Shown here: positions 41,741-51,297 of the stretch, piece by piece
How positions within the stretch are numbered: position 1 is the first letter of the stretch
How the letters are laid out: each line of letters begins with the position of its first letter
NCBI GenBank assembly: GCA_041492755.1
Contig: JBGPXN010000003.1
Location: 1-64,000 of the forward strand
Direction of reading: 5' to 3'
Source of the DNA: Candidatus Methylomirabilia bacterium
GTDB lineage: Bacteria > Methylomirabilota > Methylomirabilia > Rokubacteriales > CSP1-6
Length of the DNA stretch: 64,000 nt
Notes under the pieces: model-generated
Told to the model about the DNA's origin: nothing
Seen by the model: the letters and a program-made list of their open reading frames with translations, nothing else
Databases searched by the model: none
Translations under genes and position numbers: made by a program

Positions 41741-42874
41741 CTGGCCAGGATCTCCGTCCTCTCCTTCGATCTGTCCGACAACGCGAGCGGCCGCGCCGAG
41801 CTGCTGGCCCGTCTCCTTGCTTCGCGCCACGAGGTCGCGGTGGTGGGACCGCGGTTCGGCAATGCGGTGTGGGCGCCGATCGCGGCGAGCGTAATCGCCC
41901 ACCGCAGTGTCCCCGCCGGGCGCTATCCCCGTTTCGCGGGCGCCGTCCCCGCGCTGCTTCGGCTCGTCGACGGTGAGCTCATCTATGCGTCGAAGCCGCG
42001 GCCCACCAGCTTCGGTCTGGGGCTGCTCGCCCGCGCGCGGCGGCGGCGGCCGCTGCTGCTCGACATCGACGACTGGGAAGTCGGCTTCTTCAAGCGCGGG
42101 GGCGCGTGGGGGGGAATCGGACGCGCGCTCAATCTCGGCGATCCCAACGGGCTGAGCTGGACGTGGCTCTGCGAGCGCGCGGTTCGAGCCGCCGACGGCG
42201 TCACGGTGGCATCGCGATTCCTCGAGCAGCGATTCGGCGGCACGTTCGTGACCCACGTGCGCGACACCGAGGCCTGGGATCCCACGCGCCACGACGGCGC
42301 CGCGATCCGCGCCCGGCTCGACGTCGGACGGCGGCGGCTCGTCATGTTCCTCGGCACGCCGCGCGCCTACAAAGGCGTCGACGATCTCGTGGAGGCGGTT
42401 GGCCGGCTCGGCGCCGACGTCGCGCTGGCCCTGGTGGGTGTCGACTCGGCGTCGGCGGCCGCGCGCCGGTGGTTCGAGCGCCCATTCGTTCGCCTGGTGG
42501 GCCCGGTGCCGTTCGATGAGGTGCCGGACTATCTCGCGGCCGCCGACGTCGTGGTGGTGCCCCAGCGCGCGAGCACGGACACGCTCGGCCAGGTGCCGGC
42601 CAAGCTCATCGACGCGATGGCCCTGGCGCGCCCCGTCGTGGCGACGGCGGTGTCGATGATTCCCGAAATCCTGGACGGCTGCGGGGTCGTGGTGGCGCCG
42701 GGCGACGTCGGCGCGTTGGGCGAGGGGATTCGCTCATTGCTGGCCGATCCCGGGCGCGCGGCCGCCCTCGGCGCCCGCGCGCGCGCCCGCTGCGTGGAAC
42801 GCTACAGCTTCGCCGCCGCGCGCGCCGTCCTGTTCCCCCTCGTCGACGGTCTGCTGGAGCGGCCGCGCGCGTGA
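41741..42874 (+). CDS. GT4 family glycosyltransferase (probable CTG start)
   Basis: (M)ARISVLSFD, FLGTPRAYKG, PAKLIDAMA..RPVV; start position uncertain. Confidence 0.8.
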   Translation: MARISVLSFDLSDNASGRAELLARLLASRHEVAVVGPRFGNAVWAPIAASVIAHRSVPAGRYPRFAGAVPALLRLVDGELIYASKPRPTSFGLGLLARARRRRPLLLDIDDWEVGFFKRGGAWGGIGRALNLGDPNGLSWTWLCERAVRAADGVTVASRFLEQRFGGTFVTHVRDTEAWDPTRHDGAAIRARLDVGRRRLVMFLGTPRAYKGVDDLVEAVGRLGADVALALVGVDSASAAARRWFERPFVRLVGPVPFDEVPDYLAAADVVVVPQRASTDTLGQVPAKLIDAMALARPVVATAVSMIPEILDGCGVVVAPGDVGALGEGIRSLLADPGRAAALGARARARCVERYSFAAARAVLFPLVDGLLERPRA

Positions 42875-42893
42875 TGACGCCGGCGCGGCGCTC

Positions 42894-44000
42894 GTGAGAC
42901 TGCTCGTCATCGCGCGGCCATTCGTCTTCCACGGCGGCGTCGAGCGCGCCACCGCCGGTCTCGTCGCCGCGCTCCGCGAGCACGGTCACGAGATCGAGAT
43001 CCTGTGCCCGCCCGGCCAGGCCCCGGTCGCGGGCGTGACGATTCGCCGGCTCCCGCTGCCGCCGCTACCCGCGACGGTGCGCGTGCTGGCCTTCGCCGCC
43101 GCGGCCAGAGTGGCCGTGGCCGGCGGCCGCTGGGACGTGATCCAGAGCCACGAGCGAACGCTGCGCCAGGACATCTACCGCGCGGGCGAAGGGTGCCACC
43201 GTGGGTATCTCGCCACCCGGGAGCCGCGCGGCGGGCGCGGCCTCTATCATCGCGTCGTGCTCGCGCTCGAGCGCCGCACGCTGACGTCGACGCCGTGGAT
43301 CGTCGCCATCGCCCGGCGTGGCAAGCAGGAGGTGGAAGCGCTCTACGGTGTAAACCCCGAACGGGTCACCGTCGTCTATAACGGTGTGGACCTCGAGCGC
43401 TTTCACCCCCGAAACCGCGACCGGCATCGTGCGACCACGCGTGCCGAGACCGGGCTGCCGGCCGGCGCGTGGGCGCTGCTGTTCATCGGCAGCGGCTTCG
43501 AGCGCAAAGGTCTCGCGCAGGCGATCGGGGCGTTGGGCGCACTGCGGGATCGCCACAGCCGGCTGATGGTCGTGGGCAAGGGTGACCCCGCGGCGTATCG
43601 CGCGCTCGCCGAACGGCTCGGCGTCGCCGCGCGGGTGTGCTGGCTCGGTGCGCGCCCGGATCCGGAGCGCTGGTACGCCGCCGCCGACGTCCTCGTGCTT
43701 CCCGCGCGCTACGAGCCGTTCGGCAACGTGCACCTGGAAGCGCTCGCCTCCGGGCTGCCGGTGATCGCGAGCCCGGCTGCCGGCGGGAGCGAGCTCATCG
43801 AGCCGGGCCGGAACGGCGCCGTGGTGGATCCAACGAAGCCCGAAGCCATCGCGGCCGAGATCGAACGTCTTCGGGATGCCGCCGTCGTCGAGACGACAGC
43901 GGCGGCGCGGCGATCCGCGGAGCCGTTCACCTACGCGGCGCAGGTGGCGGGGTTCGAGCGACTCTATCGGCGGTGCGCGCCAAACGCTGGTTTCGCTTGA
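42894..44000 (+). CDS. WaaG-like GT4 LPS core glycosyltransferase
   Basis: GGVER, QSHER..DIYRAGEG, GSGFERKG, YEPFGNVHLEALASGLPVI. Confidence 0.88.
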   Translation: MRLLVIARPFVFHGGVERATAGLVAALREHGHEIEILCPPGQAPVAGVTIRRLPLPPLPATVRVLAFAAAARVAVAGGRWDVIQSHERTLRQDIYRAGEGCHRGYLATREPRGGRGLYHRVVLALERRTLTSTPWIVAIARRGKQEVEALYGVNPERVTVVYNGVDLERFHPRNRDRHRATTRAETGLPAGAWALLFIGSGFERKGLAQAIGALGALRDRHSRLMVVGKGDPAAYRALAERLGVAARVCWLGARPDPERWYAAADVLVLPARYEPFGNVHLEALASGLPVIASPAAGGSELIEPGRNGAVVDPTKPEAIAAEIERLRDAAVVETTAAARRSAEPFTYAAQVAGFERLYRRCAPNAGFA

Positions 44001-44026
44001 GCAATCCGTGGGGTTGGCCGTACACT
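43997..44026 (+). promoter_or_regulatory. Promoter TTGAGC-N18-TACACT, 6 nt before the gmhB GTG (candidate leaderless)
   Basis: -35 at 43997-44002, -10 at 44021-44026, GTG at 44033, no SD. Confidence 0.6.
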
Positions 44027-44032
44027 GCCGGG

Positions 44033-44614
44033 GTGGTATCGCGACCGGCCGTCTTCATCGATCGCGACGGGACCCTCACCGACGAGGTCGGCTACGTCAA
44101 CCATCCCTCACGCCTCCGGCTTTTGCCGCGCTCGGCCGAAGCGGTGCGCCGCTTGAACGCGGCGGGCGTGGCGGCGGTGGTGGCGACCAACCAGGGCGGG
44201 TTGGCCCGTGGGTATTTCTCCAAGGACGTCCTCGAAGCGGTCCACGAGCGGCTGATCAACATGCTCGCCCGTGAGCGCGCTCGCCTCGACGGCCTGTACG
44301 TGTGCACGCACCATCCGACGGAGGGCGAGCCGCCCTTTCGTGCCGACTGCGACTGCCGCAAGCCGCGCCCGGGGCTCCTGCTCCGCGCCGCCGCCGATCT
44401 CGATCTCGACCTCGTCGCCTCCGTCGTGGTCGGCGACACACCCTCCGACCTCGCGGCCGCGCAGGCGGTCGGCGCGCGTGGCGTGCTCGTGCTGACCGGC
44501 TACGGACTCGGTGAGTGGGAGTACCGTCGCGAGCACTTCGCGGTGGAGCCCCATCACGTCGCCGGCGACCTGCTCGACGCCGTCGAGTGGGTGCTGGCCG
44601 GACGCGCCCGATGA
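44033..44614 (+). CDS. gmhB: D-glycero-D-manno-heptose 1,7-bisphosphate phosphatase
   Basis: FIDRDGTL HAD motif, TNQ, CTHHP..CDCRKP, VGD..SD. Confidence 0.93.
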   Translation: MVSRPAVFIDRDGTLTDEVGYVNHPSRLRLLPRSAEAVRRLNAAGVAAVVATNQGGLARGYFSKDVLEAVHERLINMLARERARLDGLYVCTHHPTEGEPPFRADCDCRKPRPGLLLRAAADLDLDLVASVVVGDTPSDLAAAQAVGARGVLVLTGYGLGEWEYRREHFAVEPHHVAGDLLDAVEWVLAGRAR

Positions 44615-45621
44615 TCGCCGAAGGCACGCGCCTGCGCGCCATCGCCGATACGTTTGCGAGCCGCACGCTCGTGGTGGTCGGCGATCTCATCGCGGACGAG
44701 TACCTCATCGGCAAGCCCGCGCGGATCTCGCGCGAGGCGCCCGTCATCATCCTGAAGTTCACGGAGCGCGACGTGCGTCTGGGCGGTAGCGCCAACGCCA
44801 CCCATAACGTGCACGCCCTCGGCGCGCGCGCGATCCCGGTCGGCGTGGTGGGACGCGATCGCGAGGGGGACGAGGTGCAGGCGCTCCTCCGGTTGGCGGG
44901 GATTCCGACCGATGGCGTGGTCGTGGATGCGAACCGGCCGACGCCGGTGAAGACTCGCATCATGGCCGGCGGGTATCAGGCGACGCGCCAGCAGGTGGTC
45001 CGTCTCGACCGTGAGCCGGATGGCGACTTGCCGCCGGGCGTCGAAGACGCGCTGGTGACCCGGCTCACCACGCTGGCCGCGAGCGCGGACGGCATCGTGA
45101 TCTCAGACTACGGCTACGGCACGGTCACGCCGCGGCTGGTGGAGCGGATCAAATGGCTGGCGGCCCGGCACGATACCGTCATCACCGTGGACAGCCGGTA
45201 CGACCTGCCGCGCTTCACGGGTGTGACCGCGGCCACGCCGAACGAGGCCGAGCTCGCCGAGCTCACCGGCCTGCCGGTAGACCGCGAGGTCGCGGTGGAG
45301 AAGGCGGGCCGCCAGCTCCTCGAACAGCTCGACGCGCGCATGCTCCTGGTGACCCGTGGCAGCCGTGGGATGGCCGTGCTGGAGCGCGCCGGCGGCAGCG
45401 TATTCCTCCCGATCTTCGGCACCGACGAGATCGCCGACGTGACGGGAGCCGGTGACACCGTCATCAGCGCCTTCACCGTCGCGCTCACCAGCGGCGCCAC
45501 GCCGATCGAAGCCGCGACCCTCGCCAACATGGCGGGCGGGATCGTGGTGATGAAGCGCGGAACCGCCACCGTCGGCCATCGGGAGCTCCGCCAGGCGCTG
45601 GACGACCACACCGGCGCGTGA
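44611..45621 (+). CDS. rfaE1: Heptose-7-phosphate kinase (RfaE/HldE domain I, PfkB family)
   Basis: [40 protein letters not shown]. Confidence 0.92.
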   Translation: MIAEGTRLRAIADTFASRTLVVVGDLIADEYLIGKPARISREAPVIILKFTERDVRLGGSANATHNVHALGARAIPVGVVGRDREGDEVQALLRLAGIPTDGVVVDANRPTPVKTRIMAGGYQATRQQVVRLDREPDGDLPPGVEDALVTRLTTLAASADGIVISDYGYGTVTPRLVERIKWLAARHDTVITVDSRYDLPRFTGVTAATPNEAELAELTGLPVDREVAVEKAGRQLLEQLDARMLLVTRGSRGMAVLERAGGSVFLPIFGTDEIADVTGAGDTVISAFTVALTSGATPIEAATLANMAGGIVVMKRGTATVGHRELRQALDDHTGA

Positions 45622-46142
45622 CCGCAGCAGGCGCGCGGGATCCGTCTCGCTCCCCCCCCGGCCATGAGATGACCATCGACGAAGCCGCGGCGCTTTCGGA
45701 CCGGCTGCGGGCCCAGGGTAAGCGTATCGTTCTGGCCAATGGCTGCTTCGATCTGCTGCACGTCGGTCACGTGCGATACCTCGAATCGGCGCGCGGGTTG
45801 GGTGACGTGCTGTTCGTCGGCATCAATGCCGACGCCGCCGTCGCGCGGCTCAAGGGGCCGGGCCGACCGTTGATGCCGGCCGGCGAGCGCGCGGAGATGC
45901 TGGAGGCGCTGCGCGCCGTCGATCACGTGGTCGTCTTCGAGGAGGACACCGCGGATCGCCTCGTCGCCCGCCTCCGCCCGCACGTTCACGTGAAAGGGAC
46001 CGATTACACCCGTGACACGGTGCCGGAGGCGGCCAGCGTGCGGGCGGCGGGCGGCGAAGTCGCCATCGCCGGCGATGCGAAGGACCACTCGACCCGCGAC
46101 GTGATCGCCGTCATCGTGGAGCGCTTCGGGAGCCGCCGGTGA
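45618..46142 (+). CDS. rfaE2: Heptose-1-phosphate adenylyltransferase (RfaE/HldE domain II)
   Basis: [26 protein letters not shown]; the start could be ATG 45669. Confidence 0.93.
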   Translation: MTAAGARDPSRSPPGHEMTIDEAAALSDRLRAQGKRIVLANGCFDLLHVGHVRYLESARGLGDVLFVGINADAAVARLKGPGRPLMPAGERAEMLEALRAVDHVVVFEEDTADRLVARLRPHVHVKGTDYTRDTVPEAASVRAAGGEVAIAGDAKDHSTRDVIAVIVERFGSRR

Positions 46143-47140
46143 GAATCGCGCTCGTCAAGCTTTCCTCGCTCGGCGACGTCGTGCACGCCCTGCCGGTGGC
46201 GGCGACGGTGAAGCGGTGCGCGCCCCAGGCCCACCTGACGTGGATCGTCGAGCGGCGGGAGGCGACCCTGCTCGCCGACAACCCGGACGTGGACGAGGTC
46301 ATCGACATCGACACGCGGAGCTGGCGACGCCGCTGGCGCCCGCAAGGCGTGGCCTCGACGCTCGGGGCCGTCGGGAGACTGCGCCGGCGGTTGCGCGACG
46401 GCCGCTTCGACGTCGCCCTGGACCTGCAAGGCCTGGCCAAGAGTGGGCTGGTCACGGCGGCCACCGGCGCCCCGCTACGGATCGGCTTCGACCGGCAGTG
46501 GGGCCGCGAGGGCCGCCTCAACTCGCTCTTCACCAATCGGCGCGTCACGCCGCCGGCGGCGGCCCGTCACGTCGTGGACCAGTATCTTTCGCTCCTGTCT
46601 CCGCTCGGGCTGGGCGCCCCGGTGCGCGAGTTCAAGCTTCCCGTTCAGCCGCGCGCCGAGACACGGATCGAGCACGCGCTGATGGCGGCCGGCCTCAAAC
46701 CGCGCCAGCGTCTGGTCGTCGTCAATCCCGGCGCCGGACGACCGGACAAGCGCTGGCCGCCGGAGCGCTTCCGCGCGCTGGCGGCACGCCTCGTCGACGA
46801 CGCGGCGGCCAGCGTCGTCGTGGTCTGGGGGCCGAGCGAGCACGCCGCCGCCCACGCCATCGCCGACGCCCAGCGCGGCGTCGTGCTCGCCCCGCCCACC
46901 GACCTCACCGAGCTCATCGCGGTGCTCCGGCGGGCGAGTGTGATGATCGCTGCCGACACCGGCCCGCTTCACCTGGCCGCGGCGGTGGGCACGCCGTGCG
47001 TCGGGCTCTACGGTCCGACGTCGGCCGTGCGCAACGGTCCGTACGGCGGTGGCCATCGCGTGATCCAGGCCGACGACCGGCGCATGACGTCGATCTCGGT
47101 GGACGCGGTCGTGCGACTGGCGGCCGATCTCCTCGGATGA
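46139..47140 (+). CDS. waaC: LPS heptosyltransferase I (GT9)
   Basis: [34 protein letters not shown]. Confidence 0.9.
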   Translation: MRIALVKLSSLGDVVHALPVAATVKRCAPQAHLTWIVERREATLLADNPDVDEVIDIDTRSWRRRWRPQGVASTLGAVGRLRRRLRDGRFDVALDLQGLAKSGLVTAATGAPLRIGFDRQWGREGRLNSLFTNRRVTPPAAARHVVDQYLSLLSPLGLGAPVREFKLPVQPRAETRIEHALMAAGLKPRQRLVVVNPGAGRPDKRWPPERFRALAARLVDDAAASVVVVWGPSEHAAAHAIADAQRGVVLAPPTDLTELIAVLRRASVMIAADTGPLHLAAAVGTPCVGLYGPTSAVRNGPYGGGHRVIQADDRRMTSISVDAVVRLAADLLG

Positions 47141-47910
47141 CGCAGCCGCGTCTGTCGGTCACCGTCATCACCTTCAACGAGGAGGCGCGGCTGCGCGGCT
47201 GTCTCGATTCCGTGGCGTGGGCCGACGAGATCGTCGTCGTCGACGCCGGCTCGACGGACCGGACGGTGGCCATCGCGCGCGACTTCACCGATCGCGTGCT
47301 GGCGCGTCCGTGGCCGGGCTTTGCCGAGCAGAAGAACTTCGCGCTCGCCGAGGCGCGCGGCGAATGGGTGCTCTCGCTCGACGCCGACGAAGAGGTGACG
47401 GTCGAGCTGCGCGACGCCATCCTCGGCATCGTGAAAGGCAGCCCGGCCGCGATGGGCTACGCCGTCGCCCGCCGCAACATCATGTGGGGAGCGTGGATCC
47501 GCCACGGCGGGCTCTATCCGGACTGGCAGGTCCGCCTGTTCCGCCGGGACCGCGGGCGCTTCGTGCCCCGCGCCGTGCACGAGTCGGTCCGGATCGACGG
47601 CCCCGTGGAGCGGCTGCATCAGCCCTTGCTGCACCGCAGCTACCGCGACGTCGCCGACTTCCTCGCGCGCGCCGACCGCTATTCGACCCTCGCCGCCGAG
47701 GAGTGGCTCGCGCAGGGCCGACCGGTGCGGCCCCGTGACGTCGCGCTCCGGCCGCTGGGGCGCTTTCTCGCCATGTACGTCGCGCGCGCGGGCTTCCTCG
47801 ACGGCTGGCGGGGACTTCTGCTCGCCGGACTCTACGCGTACTATGTCTTCATGCGAACGGCGAAGGCGCTGGAACGGGCGAAGGCGCAGGCGGGGGAGCG
47901 CGGTCGATGA
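47137..47910 (+). CDS. GT2 glycosyltransferase (KdtX/WaaE-like LPS glucosyltransferase)
   Basis: ITFNEE, VVDAGSTD, GFAEQKNFAL, LDADE, YPDWQVRLF, VHE, GFLDGWRG. Confidence 0.9.
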   Translation: MTQPRLSVTVITFNEEARLRGCLDSVAWADEIVVVDAGSTDRTVAIARDFTDRVLARPWPGFAEQKNFALAEARGEWVLSLDADEEVTVELRDAILGIVKGSPAAMGYAVARRNIMWGAWIRHGGLYPDWQVRLFRRDRGRFVPRAVHESVRIDGPVERLHQPLLHRSYRDVADFLARADRYSTLAAEEWLAQGRPVRPRDVALRPLGRFLAMYVARAGFLDGWRGLLLAGLYAYYVFMRTAKALERAKAQAGERGR

Positions 47911-48902
47911 GCCCGGCAAAGGATCGCGTGCTGTCGGGCATGCGACCCACCGGCAAAGTCCATCTGGGGAACTATCTGGGCGCGCTCGTCAACTGGGTCA
48001 GGCTTCAAGATCTCGGCGAGGAGTGCTTCTACTTCGTCGCCAACTGGCACGCGCTCACCACCGGCGCCGACGACGTCGCGGAGGTGCCGCAGGCCACGAT
48101 CGAGATGCTCGCGGACTGGCTGGCGGCCGGGCTCGATCCGCAGCGCTCCACCCTCTTCGTCCAGTCGTGGGTCCCCGAGCACGCCGAGCTGCACCTGCTG
48201 TTGTCGATGATCACGCCGGTGAGCTGGCTCGAGCGAGCGCCGACCTACAAGGAGCAGATCGAGCAGCTCGGCATGCAGTCGCCGTCGTACGGGTTCCTGG
48301 GCTATCCGCTGCTGCAGGCGGCCGACATCCTCATGTACAAGGCACGATGGGTGCCGGTCGGCGTGGATCAGGTCCCGCACGTCGAGATCACGCGCGAGAT
48401 CGCGCGGCGCTTCAACAATGTTTTCGGGCCGGTGTTCCCGGAGCCGGAGGCGCGGCTGACCGAGATCCCGAAAGTGCCGGGGACCGATGGTCGGAAGATG
48501 TCGAAGTCCTACGACAACGCGATCTACCTGTCGGACTCGGCGGAGGCGGTCGAGAGCAAGATCCGGCCGATGATGACGGACCCGGCGCGCAAGCGACGCT
48601 CGGACCCGGGAAACCCGGACGTCTGCCCGGTCTTCGATCTGCACAAGATCTTCACGCCGCCCGCCGACCGTGAGTGGGCGGCGACGGGTTGCCGCACCGC
48701 GGGCATCGGCTGTCTCGACTGCAAGGCCAGGCTCCTGCAGCACCTGCAGCCGGCGCTGGCGCCGATCCGGGAGCGGCGCCAGGCGTTCTCCGAGAAGCCC
48801 GATCTGATCCTCGACATCTTGAAGGACGGCTCGGCGCGTGCCCGGCGCATGGCCCAGGCCACCATGGAGGACGTCCGGCGCGTGGTCACCATCGCTCCAT
48901 GA
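47907..48902 (+). CDS. trpS: Tryptophan--tRNA ligase
   Basis: SGMRPTG..HLGN, YPLLQAADIL, VPVG.DQ, KMSKS. Confidence 0.97.
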   Translation: MSPAKDRVLSGMRPTGKVHLGNYLGALVNWVRLQDLGEECFYFVANWHALTTGADDVAEVPQATIEMLADWLAAGLDPQRSTLFVQSWVPEHAELHLLLSMITPVSWLERAPTYKEQIEQLGMQSPSYGFLGYPLLQAADILMYKARWVPVGVDQVPHVEITREIARRFNNVFGPVFPEPEARLTEIPKVPGTDGRKMSKSYDNAIYLSDSAEAVESKIRPMMTDPARKRRSDPGNPDVCPVFDLHKIFTPPADREWAATGCRTAGIGCLDCKARLLQHLQPALAPIRERRQAFSEKPDLILDILKDGSARARRMAQATMEDVRRVVTIAP

Positions 48903-49687
48903 CGGACGCGGAAGGCTCCCGCACGCTCACCCTGCGCGTCGGGACCTTCGAAGGGCCCTTCGACCTCCTCCTCCACCTGTGCCGCACCAACGAGCTCGAC
49001 CTCGCCGCGCTGCCGGTCCGCACGATCACCGACCAGTACGTCGCGCACCTGGAAGCCATGGAGTTCCGGGATCTCGAATCGGCGGGCGCGTACCTGGTCA
49101 TGGCGGCGACCCTCATCTATCTGAAGTCGAAGCTCCTGCTGCCACCCGAGGAAACGGGCGCGGAGGCGCTCGACGAGGAAGGCGAGGCACTCCGGCTCGA
49201 GCTGGAGGAACGGCTGCGCGAGTACTCACGGGTCAGAGCCCGCGGTCGGTGGCTCGCCGAGCGCGAGGCCGAGCAGGCGCTGCGGTGGGGCCGCCCGGTG
49301 GCGTCGCTGCCGCCGGCGGAGGACGTTCCGCTCGAGGATCTCAGCGTCCATCTGCTCGAGCGCGCGCTCAAGCGACTCATCGAGCAACAGGTGCGTCGGG
49401 CGCCGCGGGCGGTGGAGCCGGAGCCACCGTCGGTGCTGGAGCGCATGACCGAGATCCTGTCCGTCCTGCGCGACACCTGGTCGGTGCTGTTCTCGTCACT
49501 CGCGGGTCCCGACCGCAACCGCTCGGATATCGTGGCCTCGTTGCTGGCCGTGCTCGAGTTGGTGCGGCTCGGGCGTATTCGTACGCAGCAAACGGAGCTC
49601 TTCGGAGAGATCGTCATCGAACGCCACACGGGGGAGACGCCAACGCATGTCCCAAGCGCCGTCGCCGAGCCCAGTGCCGACTCCTGA
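48899..49687 (+). CDS. scpA: Segregation and condensation protein A (kleisin)
   Basis: FEGPFDLLLHL, ITDQY, LVMAATLIYLKSKLLLP, LAVLEL..Q.ELFGEI. Confidence 0.95.
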   Translation: MTDAEGSRTLTLRVGTFEGPFDLLLHLCRTNELDLAALPVRTITDQYVAHLEAMEFRDLESAGAYLVMAATLIYLKSKLLLPPEETGAEALDEEGEALRLELEERLREYSRVRARGRWLAEREAEQALRWGRPVASLPPAEDVPLEDLSVHLLERALKRLIEQQVRRAPRAVEPEPPSVLERMTEILSVLRDTWSVLFSSLAGPDRNRSDIVASLLAVLELVRLGRIRTQQTELFGEIVIERHTGETPTHVPSAVAEPSADS

Positions 49688-50420
49688 GCACATGGGGGGC
49701 CCCGAAATGGCCCCCCAGGCCTTTCAAGCGAAGGGGGCTACGCCCCCCTCGGATTCCCCCGGCCGACACTCGGGAGCGCCCCGGGAAACCCGGGGCGCTC
49801 CTCGACCTCTCGATTCGTCTACCGGCTCTGACGTCGTCGAAGCGCTGCTCTTCGCCTCCGACGAGCCGCTCGCCGCGGAGCGGATCCGCGAGGTGCTCGA
49901 CCTCGGCGACGTGGGCGAGGTGGTCGCGCTCGTCGAGGAGCTGCGCGCGCGCTACGCCGCGGCCGGGGCCGGGCTCACCGTGGTCGAGGTCGGCGGCGGC
50001 TTTCGCATGGTCACGCGGCCCGAGCTGGCGCCGTGGCTGGTGCGGCTGGCCAAGACCCGCACGCGCGCGCGGTTGTCGCGCCCGGCGCTGGAGACGCTGG
50101 CGATCATCGCCTACAAGCAGCCGGTGTCGCGTCCGGAGGTCGACGCCGTCCGCGGCGTGAACTCCGAGGGCGTGCTCGACAGCCTGCTCGATCGTCGTTT
50201 GCTGCGGATCGCGGGCCGCAAGGAAGCGCCGGGGCGTCCCTTCATGTACGAGACCACGCGCGAATTCCTCGTCGCCTTCGGCCTGCGCGACCTCGGCGAT
50301 TTGCCCAAGGTCGACGGCGAGCTCCTCATCCCCGAGACCGTGAGTGTTCCCGCCGATGGCCACACTGCGGCTGAACAAGATCCTCGCCCAGGCGGGACTG
50401 ACGTCGCGCCGGGGGGCTGA
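49647..50420 (+). CDS. scpB: SMC-Scp complex subunit ScpB with a repeat-derived N-terminal extension
   Basis: EALLFAS.EPL, LSRPALETLAIIAYKQP, RGVNS, GRP..Y.TT.EFL..FGL; possible starts at 49647, 49692 or 49707. Confidence 0.95.
   Translation: MSQAPSPSPVPTPEHMGGPEMAPQAFQAKGATPPSDSPGRHSGAPRETRGAPRPLDSSTGSDVVEALLFASDEPLAAERIREVLDLGDVGEVVALVEELRARYAAAGAGLTVVEVGGGFRMVTRPELAPWLVRLAKTRTRARLSRPALETLAIIAYKQPVSRPEVDAVRGVNSEGVLDSLLDRRLLRIAGRKEAPGRPFMYETTREFLVAFGLRDLGDLPKVDGELLIPETVSVPADGHTAAEQDPRPGGTDVAPGG
49690..49804. repeat. Modular GC-rich palindromic repeat, copy 1 (in frame within scpB)
   Basis: TGGGGGGCC-ccgaaat-GGCCCCCCA, GGGGGC-tac-GCCCCC and GGAGCGCCCCGGG-aaa-CCCGGGGCGCTCC; the first and last hairpins recur at 58457-58531. 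Confidence 0.9.
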
Positions 50421-51084
50421 GAACCTCCTCCGCGAGGGTCGCGTCAGCGTCAACGGCGTTGCCGTTCGCGAGCCGGGCGCGACCGCCGATCCCGATCGTG
50501 ATCTCATCCACGTCGACGGCAAGCCGCTACCCGGCCCCGCCGCCCACCAGTACGTTCTCCTGCACAAGCCCCGCGGCGTCGTGACCACGTTGCGTGATCC
50601 GCAAGGCCGGCCGGTCGTGGCGGATCTGCTGCCCGGCGGCGCCCGCCTGTTTCCGGTGGGTCGGCTGGACGCCGACGTCGAAGGCGCGCTGCTGCTCACC
50701 AACGACGGCGCGCTCGCCCACCGCTTGCTGCACCCGCGCTACGGCGTGCCGCGCGTCTACGAGGCCGAGGTGGCGCCGCCGGTGGCGCGCGCCGACCTCG
50801 CGCGCTGGCGGCAGGGTGTCACCCTCGCCGATGGCCCGGCGCGTCCCCTCGCCGTCGATCTCACCAGCGCCGGCGCCCACGGACACCGGCTGCGGCTCAC
50901 GTTCGCCGAGGGACGCAAGCACGAAGTGAAGCGCTACTGCGAGGCCCTGGGCCATCCGGTGGTCCGCCTGCGCCGAATCGCCTTCGGCCCGATTCAGCTC
51001 GGCGACCTGCCGCTGGGCGCCGCCCGCGCGCTCACCCCGCGAGAAGTGCGCGCTCTCCGTGCCCTGTCGACGAGCCAGCCGTAG
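50356..51084 (+). CDS. rluB: rRNA pseudouridine synthase (RluB/RsuA family)
   Basis: S4 domain RLNKILAQAG..SRR, HKPRG, PVGRLD, LLTNDG, EGRKHEVKR; follows scpB. Confidence 0.85.
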   Translation: MATLRLNKILAQAGLTSRRGAENLLREGRVSVNGVAVREPGATADPDRDLIHVDGKPLPGPAAHQYVLLHKPRGVVTTLRDPQGRPVVADLLPGGARLFPVGRLDADVEGALLLTNDGALAHRLLHPRYGVPRVYEAEVAPPVARADLARWRQGVTLADGPARPLAVDLTSAGAHGHRLRLTFAEGRKHEVKRYCEALGHPVVRLRRIAFGPIQLGDLPLGAARALTPREVRALRALSTSQP

Positions 51085-51103
51085 CGGGCGGTCCGGCAGG
51101 GGA

Positions 51104-51229
51104 CCAGGCCGATCAAAACGGTGCAGATGCGAGGCGGCGACCGAGACGACGACCGAGGCGTACTCCCAGTACGCCGCAGGGAGGAGCGAGGGAGCCAACG
51201 AAGCAGATGCGCCGTTTTCATCGGCCTGG
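51104..51229. mobile_element. 126-bp non-coding element with terminal inverted repeats (MITE/REPIN-like)
   Basis: CCAGGCCGATCAAAACGGTGCA ... TGCGCCGTTTTCATCGGCCTGG (20/22 complementary) around a central GGCGTACT-ccc-AGTACGCC; mobility is inferred. Confidence 0.6.
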
Positions 51230-51230
51230 G

Positions 51231-51259
51231 TTGCGGAGGCGAAGGTGGTTGCCTATAAT
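51231..51259 (+). promoter_or_regulatory. Promoter TTGCGG-N17-TATAAT for the pheA cluster
   Basis: -35 at 51231-51236, TATAAT at 51254-51259, SD AGGAG before ATG 51298. Confidence 0.7.
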
Positions 51260-51297
51260 GCCCCCCATTCTCGACCGTACGGCCGTCAGGAGTTCGT

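Noticed and set aside
50356..50420. 65-nt scpB/rluB overlap as a frameshift or pseudogene
   Set aside because: Both proteins have complete domains, and the overlap is only a disordered ScpB tail.
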